Below are positions 50,041-63,398 of a stretch of DNA of 64,000 nucleotides, piece by piece. The stretch is from the NCBI RefSeq assembly GCF_018977255.1, contig NW_024704743.1:86802001-86866000 (forward strand). Reading direction: 5' to 3'. The notes under the pieces are model-generated. The model was not told the DNA's origin and searched no databases. It was given only the letters and a program-made list of their open reading frames with translations. Origin of the DNA: Callorhinchus milii. Its lineage: Eukaryota. Both the position numbers and the translations under genes were made by a program. Position 1 is the first letter of the stretch. Every line of letters begins with the position of its first letter.

Positions 50041-50723
50041 CACTTTCCTTTCTCCATAGATGCTGCCTCACCTCCTCAGTGTACCCAGCAATTTCCGGAT
50101 TTTATTCATACTACTTTTCTATTCATTGGATAAAACATTAAACTATGACATTATTTCGAAAGAGAAAGGAATTTCTCCTGGTGGACGAGCTAACAATCTC
50201 CCAGATAAAATTGGTGATTCACTTCATTCCTATCTGTGGGTCATTACTGTTCGTAAATTGACTGCCATGTTAACCTATAAATACACAGTTACTAGACTTT
50301 ACAATAAGAACAACAACAAAATTATATTTGTATGGAGCCTTTCACGTTGGGAGGATATTTAGATGAATTGCTGTGAAGCGCTTTGAGTTTTTCACATTAT
50401 AATAATAATTCTTGAATTTGATATAGCTCCTTTCACGTTGGAAGGACTTCTCAAAGCATTTCACATGATTTAGCGTAAAATGTAGTTACTGAACATTTTG
50501 TAGACAAACAAACAAAGGGAATGGGAATCTGTAGGTTATTGAAAAGAGATCCAAAACAATTGTTTAGCGGGGTTGGGTGGTTGGGTGGGGGTCCTTTGAT
50601 GTATAAACTAATATAGTTGACATTTATGAGCTGGACAATTTTATACATACTATAGGGTACATTCTTACTTGTCTTTCCATACAAATCACATCCCATTTCC
50701 TTACTAAAGTCCTGGAACGCATT

Positions 50724-52109
50724 GTTGCAGGTCAACTTCGGTCACACCTCTTCCTCCACTCCCTCCTCAAGCCCCTGCTGTCTGGTTTTCTCCCTGCCCA
50801 CAGCACAGAGACAGCGCTTGTCACAAACAATGTCCTCTCTATCTGTGACCAGGGCTCTCTCTGTCTTCTGGTCCTTCTGGATCTCTGTGCCACGTTCAAC
50901 ACAGTCGACCACACCATCCGCCTCCACCGCCCCTCCTCCCTCATCCACCTTAGTGGGATCGCGCTCGCATGGCTCGAGTCCTAATTAACCAACCACCACT
51001 TCATCGCGGAAAATGGTTTCTCCTCCCGCCCTCGCCCGGTCACCTGCAGGGTACCCCAGGGCTCCATCCTTGACCCTCCTCTTTTCCTCATCTATATGCT
51101 CCCTCTGGGCGATGTCATCCGCAGACACGGGGTAAACTTCCACATGTATGCGGATGACACACAAATCGACTTTGCCTCCTCCAGTATCGACTCCAGGTCC
51201 TCTGATGTTCTATCAGATTGTCTGGCAGACATCAGGACCTGGATGAATGAAAACGTCCTGTAGCTGAATGTGGACAAGACGGAAACCATACTTCTCGACT
51301 CCCATCAACGTCTTCACTCCTGCGGATCTGAATTCCTCAACCTCCCTGGGTTCTCCCTCAGACTCACTGAACCAGTGTGCAATCTAGGCGTCCAGTTCGA
51401 CCCCCAGCTGTCCTTGCTCCCCCACATTCGGTCCCTGGAACAGGATTGCCTTCCTCCATCTCCGCCACATTGCCTGCCTCCAACCGTACCTTACCCCAAA
51501 TGCAGCCAAAACCCTCGTGCATGCATTTGTCATCTCCCACCTGGATTACTCCAAAGCACTCTGCGCCAGTCTCCCCAGCTCCACCATTCACAAGATCCAG
51601 CTCATTCAGAACGCTGCTGCCCACAAACTGACCCGGACCAAACTCCATACCCCCATCTCACCAGCTCTGGCCAGACTCCACTGGCTCCCCATCACCAAAC
51701 AGATCGACTTCAAGATCTTCACACTCATGCTCAAATCCATTCATTCCTTGGCACCATCCTATCTCTCCGACCTCCTCACTCCCCAATCCACCACCCGTCG
51801 CCTCCGCTCGACTGGCACCGGCCTCCTGCTCATCTCTTGCATCCTCCGTTCCACCATGAGAGGTCGTGCTTTCAGCCGCTACGCCCCGAAACTCTGGAAC
51901 ACTCTCCCTTAATCCCTCCTCCTTGCCCACTCTCTCCCCTTTTTCACGTCCCGCCTGAAAACCTTCCTTTTCGACCGTGCTTACAGCCACCTCCCACCCC
52001 ACCCCCCTCCCCCACCACCCTGGCTCGGAGTCAGGCTCCGCCACTGTTAAACGCAGCGAGACGCTACCCTGGTTCGAGGGATCTATATAAATGCAAGTTG
52101 TTGTTGTTG
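50724..52109 (+). mobile_element. L2 LINE, distinct older subfamily, 5'-truncated
   Basis: cacatgtatgcggatgac (YADD) at about 51141; ISHLDYSKAL, RLHWLPITKQIDFKI, RAFSRYAPKLWNTLP; (TTG)n tail; in-frame stops. Confidence 0.93.
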
Positions 52110-52593
52110 AATTTGGAACCTGCAAGCTCACCTAATGTAACACTACAGTGGGAGACAGAAGAAAACGTCCTCGCTATGAGGAGAAAGAGGCCGATCTTTT
52201 TCAGCAACCCACAGGCAAAGTTATTGGCACTATATCAAATCCATGGATTATGTACCTATTATTAAATTGGGTAGAAGAGGCAAGATTCACAAGTTATGAA
52301 ACTCAATTGTATTTTTTTTCCAGTAAGCGATTGACAAACATTCAGTCGTGGCAAATTGTTTTCAACATTCCCTTTCACCCCTACACATGCCATTTCTCCA
52401 ACAAGACCTCCTCCAGCTGAGAGGCTACAGACAGACAGTGTAATTTTACTTCAACAGGAACCTCTGGATTCCAGGCCGGTAGATGGAAGCGAAAAAAAAA
52501 AGCAATTGCTATGAGGGTTGAAGATGAAGATTGACGTGACTCAAAATAATAATAATAATTATGCTTGCATTTGATATAGAGCATTATCATGTT

Positions 52594-52725
52594 GAAAAGG
52601 CAAAATACTGCAGATGCTGGAAACCTAAAATAAAAACAAAAGTTGCTGGGAAGACTCAGCAGGTCAGGTAGGATCTATGGAAAGAGGAAAGTGAGTTAAC
52701 ATTTCAGGTCGATGACCTTTCGACA
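52594..52725. mobile_element. Single-arm Penelope-like pseudo-LTR fragment
   Basis: Matches the left arm of the 17204 and 49872 elements; minus strand has a degenerate ...CGA-A-AGGTC-ATC-GACCT-GAAA-TGTT-AACT motif. Confidence 0.75.
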
Positions 52726-54961
52726 AAAGGCCATTAACTAGATATGACCCATCTTGCCGAACTCAAAATCACACCTAGTGCCAGAGTTTGCAGTATTGGC
52801 TGACGTTGTGGACAAGGGCACAGGTCAGGCTGCCTCACTCTCTGAGGAACAAACCGGGTCAGTTATCACCCACAGGTTCTCCCCCCTCATCTCTCCGGAC
52901 CATTATTTTTCTCTGCTGCAGTTTCATTCCATCCCCAAGCAACTCCATCATACATCCTTCACAAGTTTAAGCTGAAGACTGCCTCAATTCAATAAGAGAA
53001 TTCTTCAGTCAGTAAATGCATGCTTCATGTGTTTGGGTGCCGTTTAGATAGATTTGCCAGGGATCATCTTTCTCCAGTGACTGGCTTGTTATCTAATTTT
53101 CTGATTTCAGCGCCCAAGCTCACGATCCCTTTTCTCTCTGATGCAATAGCTCCAGCAGCATTATTCTCTAAATAAGTGCTAGAATCAGAAAATTAACTGC
53201 CAGGGTCTGATCCTGTGCTGAGATTAGGCACTGTACCAGGAGACGGAATAAGGTGACTGAAAATGACATGCTGGTTTAGGTGAAGATTTTGGAGACAAGA
53301 ATTCTTTGGTTGAGGCTTCTAAATGCCTCCAATTTGTTGCTCTCCCGTAACCGTTTTTTGCCGAAGATCAGAGGATATAATCCTCGCTCTTATCACAATG
53401 GGGATCTGTCACACGCCAATTGCTAAAACCAGGAAATGTTTTGTTATCTGCGCAAAACTAAATGTTTGCCAGCTACAGTTACTCATAATACTCGCCAGTG
53501 TCAACATTTCCAGAAATTCAACTGCAGCTCAGTGATGAGTCAACCAGTTGTGATTAAAAGGCAGCATCTACTGAAGCACTAAGCTGTTCAGTGCAGATGG
53601 TCACAATTTGATTCCCAGTCTGTTCTGCTTTAACTGATCTCAGCAATTTGGGTGCTGCAATTTGGCCTCAGTGCACTGGGTATGGACAGTGGAATATCAG
53701 GCAGTGTTGTGCTCTGGCAATAACAATTCCTACTATAAAGTAGTGAATGTGGCCTGCCTCTGATCGTCTGGAGTCCTACTCTCCCACACACTCTGGGAGT
53801 CAGGCCTGCTTCAGTCTGCCACTTTTAGCCAATTTGCCCCACTCTCTGGAAGTCTCTTCCTAAATCTTTTAAACATGTACCTCTTATTTTGCTGGCTCAG
53901 TGCACCCAAAATCTTGTTTTGAGTTTACTTTCTTAATCCCTTTTAAAAGGTCTTTTAAAAGGTCCCCTCTGAGACATTTGTTTTGAAAACAGAAGAGACT
54001 ATTCTGTCTCATCGTAGATCATAATACATTCCTCTGATACTGCAAAGCTTGACCGGACATTTTCCTTCCCTTTACTTGGTGTAAATGCTGCAGTAATTTA
54101 CAGGATGGCTTGAGGAACAACCAGGCACATTTGTAGGTTGCGTTAACCATGTCCAAATGCAAGTGTGCAGAGGGAGTTACACAGGTATCCTTAATAGTGT
54201 CATTAACAATTACAGGTGATTCTGTAATCCCTTTATGTAGTTGTCAATTGTAAAAAAAACGCCCTGCAATTCGCTTTGTGCACATGTTTACACATGATCA
54301 ACACAACCCGCAAATTAAATCTCAATGTAAAAGCTGTGTGGTGTGTGTTTGTCTGTACAGAGGACAGTCTTAATGTAGGCTTTTACACAGAGCACATCCT
54401 TCCACTTGTAATTGCTTCTATGGACTACATTGAGCTATTATTCTGTGCTATGTCTTCCGTCAGCCCTTGTTCTTGCGTTGCCAGTTTCCTGATGGGAAAC
54501 AAAAGGTTAATTTATTTTGGCTTGAGTGCGCACATCAGTGCGTGCATCGTCCAAGCTCATTATCATCACTCCGAGGAATGCAAAGCCTGTTAGGTAGAAA
54601 CAGCAGATGGGCTGAGGAGAGGCCATCCAAGCCAAGTATTTTTGCTCAAGATTAATTACATTACGACACTCTGTGTACAAACAGTAAAATCTCTAAGTGC
54701 TGATATCATGGCTATCAATGATAATGAACTCTTTTGATGCTGTACAGAAATGTGGCTAATGAAAGGGGGGAAAGGGGAATATACAAAGGACTATCCATTT
54801 TCACCAGTCCAACCTTAATTCCTGTTGTTTCATATCTCTAAATACAGTACTTCATGCAGTATACTGCATATCAGAGATATCAGCAAAGAGGAGCTTTGCA
54901 ATTAGCATGTGGTTTTTGTCAGTGCTGCAAAACTGTGCCATTGTCAAATATGTATTAAACG

Positions 54962-54995
<34 letters not shown>
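54962..54995. repeat. (CT)n(CA)n compound microsatellite
   Basis: Read directly. Confidence 0.9.
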
Positions 54996-57309
54996 GTGCA
55001 ACTGTAATTATGTCAATCATCAATCTGCAAAAGTGGGATATTTAAAATCAATTCTAAACAGTTACCATGAAACCTATATGAAATGAAAGAATGTTCTTTA
55101 CTTCTTTTTCAACAATCACCTACCATACAGAACTCTGCTGAGTGAGCACACAACCACAGAATTTTGTCATTTCTGGTGTCAGAATATGCTATACTTTCAC
55201 TCAATTCCACACTGTGCATTTCCAATAGTTGTTGGCGGGATCAATGGGTTGGCCTGCTGTTTCCTCCCAAAGGGGAAGCAGAGAAAATTGGAGGGGTGAT
55301 CACCTCAGGTCCCTTTAAATATATCTTAGCAGTTTGCTGGAGGCAGGTGTTGGCAAAGAGCTCGGGGCAGGTTGTCTGTCTGACCTTCAATCAGAAATAA
55401 CACCTGGAACTTGGGAAATGTAAAATGAGAGGTTTGGGAAGAAGACATTAGAAAATTGGCTTGGCCAGAAGTTTCAAAAGTGAACACATTTTCCTTAAAG
55501 TTATCCAAGATTTTTCTTACTCATTTTCATGGAAGTCTGTTTCTGTGAACAGCATAAGTGACAAGAATCATCTTCTGTTACGTTCAGTTTCTCAAGCCAC
55601 AACTCATCTGGTCCCTGCTCATTTCTCTGCATGTCCACGTCAATATCTTACTTTCAACAGCAATTACAAAGCTACCTAGATATTGTAAATGCGAAACCAT
55701 ACAAAGCCAAGTCCTGGGTAATGGACTGAGAGGAACTGTGCTACTCTACTCTAGAAGAAGAGAGTCATGAAGGGTTTGTGGGACTTTATCCAAGAGTGAG
55801 GCACGGATTGAGGAACTCCATCTGAGGGATTTCATTTGAGGGTGATGGAGGAATTAAGACTCTCCATGGAGACAGGAGGGATTGAAATATTCCATCTCAG
55901 AGGGAGGAAGGGATTTAGGCACTTTGTTTGGAGTGAGAGAAGAATCAAGACCATCCATCCAGGAATGAAGCAGAGATAAGGCCATTACATCTTCAAGCAA
56001 CAGATCATAAATTACGTATAAATCTTGCCCTGGGGGAAAGGATTTGATTTTCCATCCTATTCAGTAAATGCAGGTCTATGGTACCACACACATCGACAGC
56101 TCAGGCAGAAATCTTACAATTCTTACAAAGTCTATTTTTGCAGGAAGCACTCTATAGGGACCTTCATGGAGCTCTTAAAAGTCTTCAGGAAAATTTTTAC
56201 ACTGGAATTTAAGTTATAGGAAGACAAGGAATTGTGCTTCTTCCAACAATAATGCGAATTCACAATCCTTCCCTTGGCTACAGAATTTTAATCTGACTTT
56301 ATAATACTAATCAGTAAAAATTTACAAGAAATCCTTGCTAGTATAATGCAGGTGGTTTGAAACCAGAGGAGTTTCAGTACTCTGGAGTCCGTGCACTTTC
56401 TGAAGCAAAGTGCTTGTGAATAGGGTTTTACATTGGTAAGTTACTGTGTTGGACATATAGTTTGGACTATAAAATGATCTTATCCCAGAAACACCATGTT
56501 CAATACCCCAATATATTTCTTCCTGCAATGGCTTATTGGAGGTTACATTGGAGTCTCAACCCAGAGTGTTTCACAGGTTAGCCTCAGTTTACTTTCAATT
56601 TTATGGTTTGGCTTTTTTTGCTATTGTGAACATATTTTTCAGGTGCTTCTGGTTAGAATCCAAATCCAAAAGCCTTAAGTATTCAATAAATAGTACAAAC
56701 TTTATAAAATAATATTGATAAAATCTTCATAAAACAATATTATTATAATGCTTGTATTTGGAAGAGTACCCTTCACTTTGAGAGTGTGTCTCAAAGTGCT
56801 TCACAGGGTTTACTGTTAAGTGTAATGATTGTGTATTCTGCAGACAAACACAACAACCAATTTAAGTACCGCAATATCTCACAAACAGCCATGAAGTGAA
56901 TAACTAATTTTATCTGGCATATTATTGGACAGGAGGGATTTTTTTTGATAGAAACTCTCTATAAGCATTGTTTTACAAGGAAAAACACAAGCAATGATCT
57001 TGCATTATCTTACAATTTTGTCTGCTTAACATCTTGAGTAAAATTCTCGATGTAGAAAGGAGTTCCAGCAGCAATAGCATGTGGTGGGATTGCAGTGCCT
57101 GCTTTCCTATGCAGAGATGGCCTTTATCCATCCCAGTGGATTCCAGCCATCATATGCCTTTTGTAATTTTTATTTTCTTAAAAGATGGCAGAAACACAGG
57201 CATATAAATTCATGAGACCACAGCGCAGGTACAAAGTAATTTTATTGATATAAAAGAGGGTTTAAATTTTTTTTCACCCATGTTTTCACCTTTTGAAAAG
57301 CCTCAGTGA

Positions 57310-57588
57310 TACCTCCCATCATCATGCGTCATCCTTCAGCTGAGTCCCCCGAGTCCTCCGCTCCACCCTCAGCGGCCGTGCCTTCAGCCATTACCCCCCG
57401 AGGCTCAGGAACTCCCTTCCTCACTCCCTTCACCTCGCTCCCTCGCTTCCTATTTTCAGGTCTCTGCTGAAGACCTTTCTTTTCGACCAAGCCTTTGGTC
57501 ACCTTCCTCCCCCTCCCCCTGGCTCGGCCCTGGGATCCATTACTGTGAAGCGCTCTGAGACGCTAGTTGTTGTTGTTGTTGTTGTTGA
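57310..57588 (+). mobile_element. L2 3' fragment
   Basis: ggccgtgccttcagcc...ctgaagacctttcttttcgaccaagccttt with a (TTG)n tail. Confidence 0.8.
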
Positions 57589-59124
57589 TTCAGAGAAGCA
57601 CTTTCTTACACCTGTGATGGAGAACCTTGTCGTTTGTGTTTGTGGGGTAAAGCAAGTGACAAAGTGGAGACTTATCAAACTGTTATGCCATAGGACTTTT
57701 ACAAATGACTCCCTCTGGTTGAGCAACGCATGAAGAAAATGAAAGAAAAAATATGAAACTATTTTTCTTTAAATTCCTGGTAAATGTTAGTGCCTACAAG
57801 TCATTTCGTTATTATGCTTTGACTGCGTAAAAACAGGAGGGAACAGTTTAAGAGAATGTATGTTAACCAGGTTTGACTTCATACATTCCAGCAATTTCTC
57901 TTCAGCGCCTTGGGATATCCTCCCGACATGAAAGGTGCTTTACAAATCTAATTTTGTATTGTATACATTTACATATTTGCATATTTTGTGTCGTGGGCAT
58001 CATCAAACCTGAAGGGTCATTCATGGGACATGAGGAATGTAAACAAGAAGTCTTTAGGTGTTGATGTGCTCAGCACAAAATGCCGCTGGACAGAAATCCC
58101 AGCATCTCCTTTATATCATTGACATAATTCAAGTAGCACAAAGGTAGCACAAGCATACCCGAATGGTCTGGTGAACATCCTGCAGTAGGACTAAAGTAGC
58201 GTAACCCTGGCAGGCTCAATTAAACAACAACACCAACGACAACAGCTTGCATTTATATAGTGCCTTCACACTATAGTAGTGTCTTGCTGAATTCAGCAGA
58301 TCTTCACAGGAAGCAAAAGTATGAATCCTCGCCTTTGGAGACACTGCAACTTTACTCCCATTCAAGACCTCTTACAACTACAGCTTCATAACTACACTGC
58401 TAAGCCAGATAGCCTACACTGCACAGAATAGTGAAGGGTACAGACTTTCCAATGGTTAGTCAAAATTGTAACCATATGAATGCAAAACACTTCAACAATT
58501 ATATCCACAGAAATCCCTTATCTGGTTATATCGAATAACAGAAATTCAGAGCCAACGTTATCCAGAACATTCTGTAACAGAAGTAAGCTAACCAGTTGTG
58601 TTACCCCGAACAGCAATCAATATTCTACACAAATTAAGCAGAGAACACATCGTAATATACAGATTGTTTCAATATCTGCAAGGTAGTGAATAACCTGATA
58701 ACTAAGTGCAATAAATAATCTTGCAACTCCCTAATACTCACATGGTGTGGGAACTTGGTATTTGTTAATGGCACAATGATTTTAACCATTTGATCAAGTC
58801 ATGGTACATCTCACTGATATAGGCTGGCCCAGCCCTAATAGATCCTGTTGGCACTGCTAATGCAGGTGCAATACGTAATCTTTTAAAAAGATTGCAAAAT
58901 AACATGTCAGCTGGAACTTTACTTGTTATTGGTGCCCCATTGCCATTGGCCCACATACCTTCCCTCGTATGCCCTTGGGATACTCTAACTTTTCCATTTG
59001 GTGGCAATAGCGAATAAATGACATGCTGATGCATGAGACTTCGAATGTATTGACTCCATTGAGCTCGCAATCCCTCTTCCACAATATGCAAATGCCACTG
59101 CCATAACCGTGCTTAAGCTTCAGT

Positions 59125-59348
59125 CTACCTTAGTTGGTAGCACTCTGTCCTCTGAGTCAGAAGGTTGTAGATTTAGGTCCTACAGCCAACAATCTCCCAG
59201 ATAAAATTGGTATTCACTTCAAATTGACTGATGTGTTTGTTATCAAAATACAGTCACTGCACTTTAAAGTGAATCCTGCGAAGTGCTTTGAGATGTCTCA
59301 ACTACATGATAAGGTGCTTTATCAAATGCAGAGACTATTTTTATTATT
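59125..59348 (+). mobile_element. Older SINE, internally deleted
   Basis: tRNA-like head fused to gccaacaatctcccagataaaattgg and the SINE tail. Confidence 0.68.
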
Positions 59349-60129
59349 CTTACAAATAACTGCCTGAACAGGGATTGGCACGTGGTTACAGATGCTGACT
59401 CAGCAGACACCTGGAACAAGCTGGGTACATAACCCAACCAGAACATCATGAGATATTGTGGAAAAAGGCCATTCCAAATACAAGTACAAGTTAAATAAAT
59501 ATTTGAGCTGCAACCTCATTAATACCTGAGCCATTTAAGTTTGCAAGTGAAAAATCTTGATAAAATGAAAATACAATGAGGATTCTCTTTTATTCACCAG
59601 ACTCCCTTGATACTTTTTCTATAGGTCAGATGGCACCCAGTCCACCTCTCATTTATCACTTATCCATATCAGAGGCCAATAAGACCCACAAAACCCTCAC
59701 CTAAATGACCTTGGAAGTATTTGGTGAATGTGAAGAAAAGTTGAGATGATGGGGTGAAAAATTGAGATGTTTCAGAACACATATCAATAAGAAATATCAA
59801 CAGTTCAGTCAATAATTCTCAACTGGTTTTCAGTGTCTCCTATCCCACACATTGGCACAATAGTTGCTGCTGTTGTGGATTGTGGCATTTGAGTGCAGCT
59901 TCATAGGATGACTCAATTGTTAGCAAAGTGGTGGACAAAGGCCAAGAATCTCGGCCACTGCACAGCAATCCAAGGTGGTTAGGCAACATTTTAGAACCAC
60001 CTTCGGATTGAGCCATTGTGCAGAATCTTTTTCTACAAGGCTTCATTATTCGTACACCTTCGGAATGAAAGGCCAACCACTGGGCTAAAGGTGGGAAGGG
60101 TCACACCTCTGATCAGTCAACAAAAGTAA

Positions 60130-60300
60130 CTTAATTTACAAAGTGCCTTTCATGTAAGAAGGACATCTCAAAGTGCTTGATACCACTGATTGGGTATCCA
60201 AGCTTTCAGCAGGGTTTGGGTGGGGGAGGTGGGTGGGGGGTTTGGGGGTTGAGAGAGCCAAGGAGAAATGGGGGGAGAAAGATGACCAAAAACACAGTTG
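60130..60300 (-). mobile_element. L2 3' UTR fragment
   Basis: gtgcctttcatgtaagaaggacatctcaaagtgctt tail followed by a G-rich tract and aagatgaccaaaaacacagttgag. Confidence 0.65.
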
Positions 60301-63108
60301 AGATCTTCAGGAATAAATGGGAAAAAAGTGTGATTTTTATTTCTTATTTCTGATTCTACAACACATCTGGTTGTCAAGTATGTTTTGAAACATCATATTT
60401 TTTCACCCCAAAATGGCATACATTTTCTCTCCCAGTGTATTTTTATCCCCACTGTCACCTCCTCCAGAATTAACCTCTCCATTCTCCTCAGGCAGAAGGC
60501 TGCAATGATCTAACAGATGGAGATGATCTCAGATGGCACCAAACCATTTCTTGGTCAACCCACCAAAAGCTCTGCTTGGTCAATCCATACCCAACCACTT
60601 CTATCTTTCTACCAGATAACAGAAAGCAAAATGAACAAAAGGCTTTAAGGTAGTGGAGATGACAGTCAATGTTCAGATAGTAATATTTCTGAAAAGCATT
60701 TCACAAGACATTGATGTTTTATCACTATAATGACAGGGCAAATAAATTGTTTTCAAGTATGAGCGTCTTATATCGGAACATTTTATAATGGGAATTCCCA
60801 TATCCAGTATCAGTCAGAAGGGCATGCAATTCCAAAAAGTTTTTGTTACCTGCTGATTTGGCAAGTAGATTTAAAAACTGCTAGCCCAATAACAAGCCAC
60901 AGACCTACGCCACTTTATTTTTTTAAAAAATTAAATTAAGAGTCCATTAAAGAATTACAAAATAGCACCAACAAGAAAAGACCATTACGTCATCCAAACT
61001 TATTCTATGCGCACAACATGAAAATCTTATCCTATCATCCGCTCATCCACAATATCTCCTGGGGGTTAGTTCTGTATAGATACTCCATGAATTGTACAGG
61101 TAATCAAACAATAAGACTTCAGAATATTCAGTCATCACCACATCTCCACTATTCATACCTGACACTTGGAGCCATCCTTCCATCCACACATAAAACTCCA
61201 CCCCTCCCTGTCTCCTTGTAGTAGCAAAATCTATATTTCCAACACTGTTCTTAAACAGATATGCATCCATTTATTTTCTGAAGTTGTTAACAGATATACA
61301 TGTATTGTTAGATGTCTGTTCCATATATTTCCTCTTTCAGACACATAGCAAAACAGATTTGCAAAAGTGTATGTTGAAATAGTGCCTTCCATTTGGGTTC
61401 TTTTACTCAGTCACTTCGTTCCTTCAGCTCTCCCCCTATATTGTTCCCTGCTCAGATTGCTAATCCGTCTCTGAGAAGCAGCTTGAGATGTTCTCCTATG
61501 TGAAAGTTATTGCTGTTGAGCATTCCACATCAACAGCAGTCACAGAGGGCCATGCCATTTGTAGATCACTGGTATGCTGATCTGATACTCAGAAGTAAGT
61601 TATAATCCAAAGTGTGATTCTCATATAAGTTTTCACATCTAAGAATGTTGGGTGAAAAATTCAAATTAAAAATGTTGCATGGATCTTTTAGTTTACATTA
61701 GGATATAGACTGATCTATACTTTGCAGAGAGTAAGCACAAATACCATGGCTTCCTTACAGCACCTTCACTCAATGTGTGATGTTGCTTCCTTGTAAAATG
61801 CCAAATAGAATGTTTCAAGAGATGGTTTCTCCAAGCCTGCTATAAAATATAATAGCTAGCTAATGAACTAAGCCAAGAAAAACAGAGGTCAGGGGCTTTC
61901 CAATGTATGTGTATGGGGAGAGGGAATATATATTAATAACAATAACTCTTGCATTTGATATATCAATCGTTGTCACTTCTCAAAGTGCTTCACAGGATCC
62001 TACTGTGACTATGTATTTGTATTTAACATGAGTAGTGTCCCATAAACAGCCTTTGCCCACAAAATACACAGTCAATCCACTTCACAGTACATTTAAAGTT
62101 GGCCTTGGGGCCATTGTTGAACCAGACATTGAGACAAAGTCCAGCAAGTTCACCCACAGCCTCTCATCGATTGAGACATTGACAGTGAAATTGAGATGAC
62201 CTGATTCACCAGTGATGATTTTCACACTACATATTGCATATTTCAAATTGCATGAATATTTTTTAAAAGTGTAATGATAATAATAATCCTTGCATTTGAT
62301 ATAGTGCCTTATCACATAATAGAAGCAATCCAAAGTGCTTCGCAGGATTTACTACAAACTGTGGTTACTGTGGATTTGCAAGCAAACACAACAGTTAATT
62401 CATGCACAATAACTTTACACAATCAGCCGTGAAATGAATGACCAATTGTAGTTGTATTTCATTGTACTGAAATGTCTCAATATTGCAACCCAGTAATTTT
62501 GATTAGCTCTGTTTAAGTTGACATCACAATGTTTGAAAGCCTTAGGAATGATCAGTCATCACACTAAACTACTTTCCCTTCTCTGCTTTTGATAATGTTT
62601 CATCTGCGGACACATTTTCCCTCCCTCACTTCTTTTTTCTCTTCTTTTCCTTCCATTAAAATCCATTTGCTGTTTCCGGGGCCCATCAGCTAATTGATCC
62701 ACATGTTTCTGAATGCTATTTATCTTCCTCATATTATTTGTCTGACCCTATAGCTTGGGTGTGATCAGAATATCTTATAAGATTACTGGCTCCCTTATCA
62801 AATGTCAAATGACCAACTAATGACTATCCTCTTTGAGGGGGATGTAAGCGGGGTCTCCTTGCAGTTGAACTGGCTCCAAGATGACATATTTGGCAATGGA
62901 ATGTCATAATCGAATCAGCCCTCTGTGAAGGTCTCATTGATCCTGTTGCTGAGCCAGGCGGGTCTGCAGTACTCCAGTAGAGCCAGGCTGGTTCATTGGC
63001 AGGACTTGGAAGGACAAACAAGTCACTGCGGGCAGGGAATCCTCTCACTCTGCTCCTGTTAGCCGCGCAAGCCAAAGAGAACAGTGGTCCTATCTGAACA
63101 AGCAGCGG

Positions 63109-63398
63109 GAAAGCTTGCTAGATTGTGCTCTCAATAGCAAGCAGTGTGGTTTTAGCCAGTTAGACTCCAGCAGTACCCCTACACAAACTCTGGGGTCCCC
63201 AAACCATGGCTCTTTCTAACCTGCACCTAATACTTTCTCAAATTAGGTAAGCAGGATGCGTCCCTCTAGGGAGTGCACTCTCCCTAGAGGGACGCACTCG
63301 AGAGAGTGCACATTTCATTCCATAAATTTCTTTGGAATTTCCATGTGTAGGTGAGATGCATGGAATTCTGTTTGGTTTGTATATTCTTAAGCATGGTG
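63109..63398 (+). repeat. Unclassified dispersed repeat, copy B (homologous to 18208-18466), with an internal inverted duplication
   Basis: Colinear with copy A, plus about 28 extra nt that create a 17-bp perfect inverted repeat. Confidence 0.85.

Larger units (their letters stand above)
49872..50096. mobile_element. Fold-back Penelope-like pseudo-LTR insertion with 11-12 bp TSD
   Basis: Inverted arms; GGATTTTATTCA at 49860-49871 and 50097-50108; hammerhead-like cores on both strands. Confidence 0.82.
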
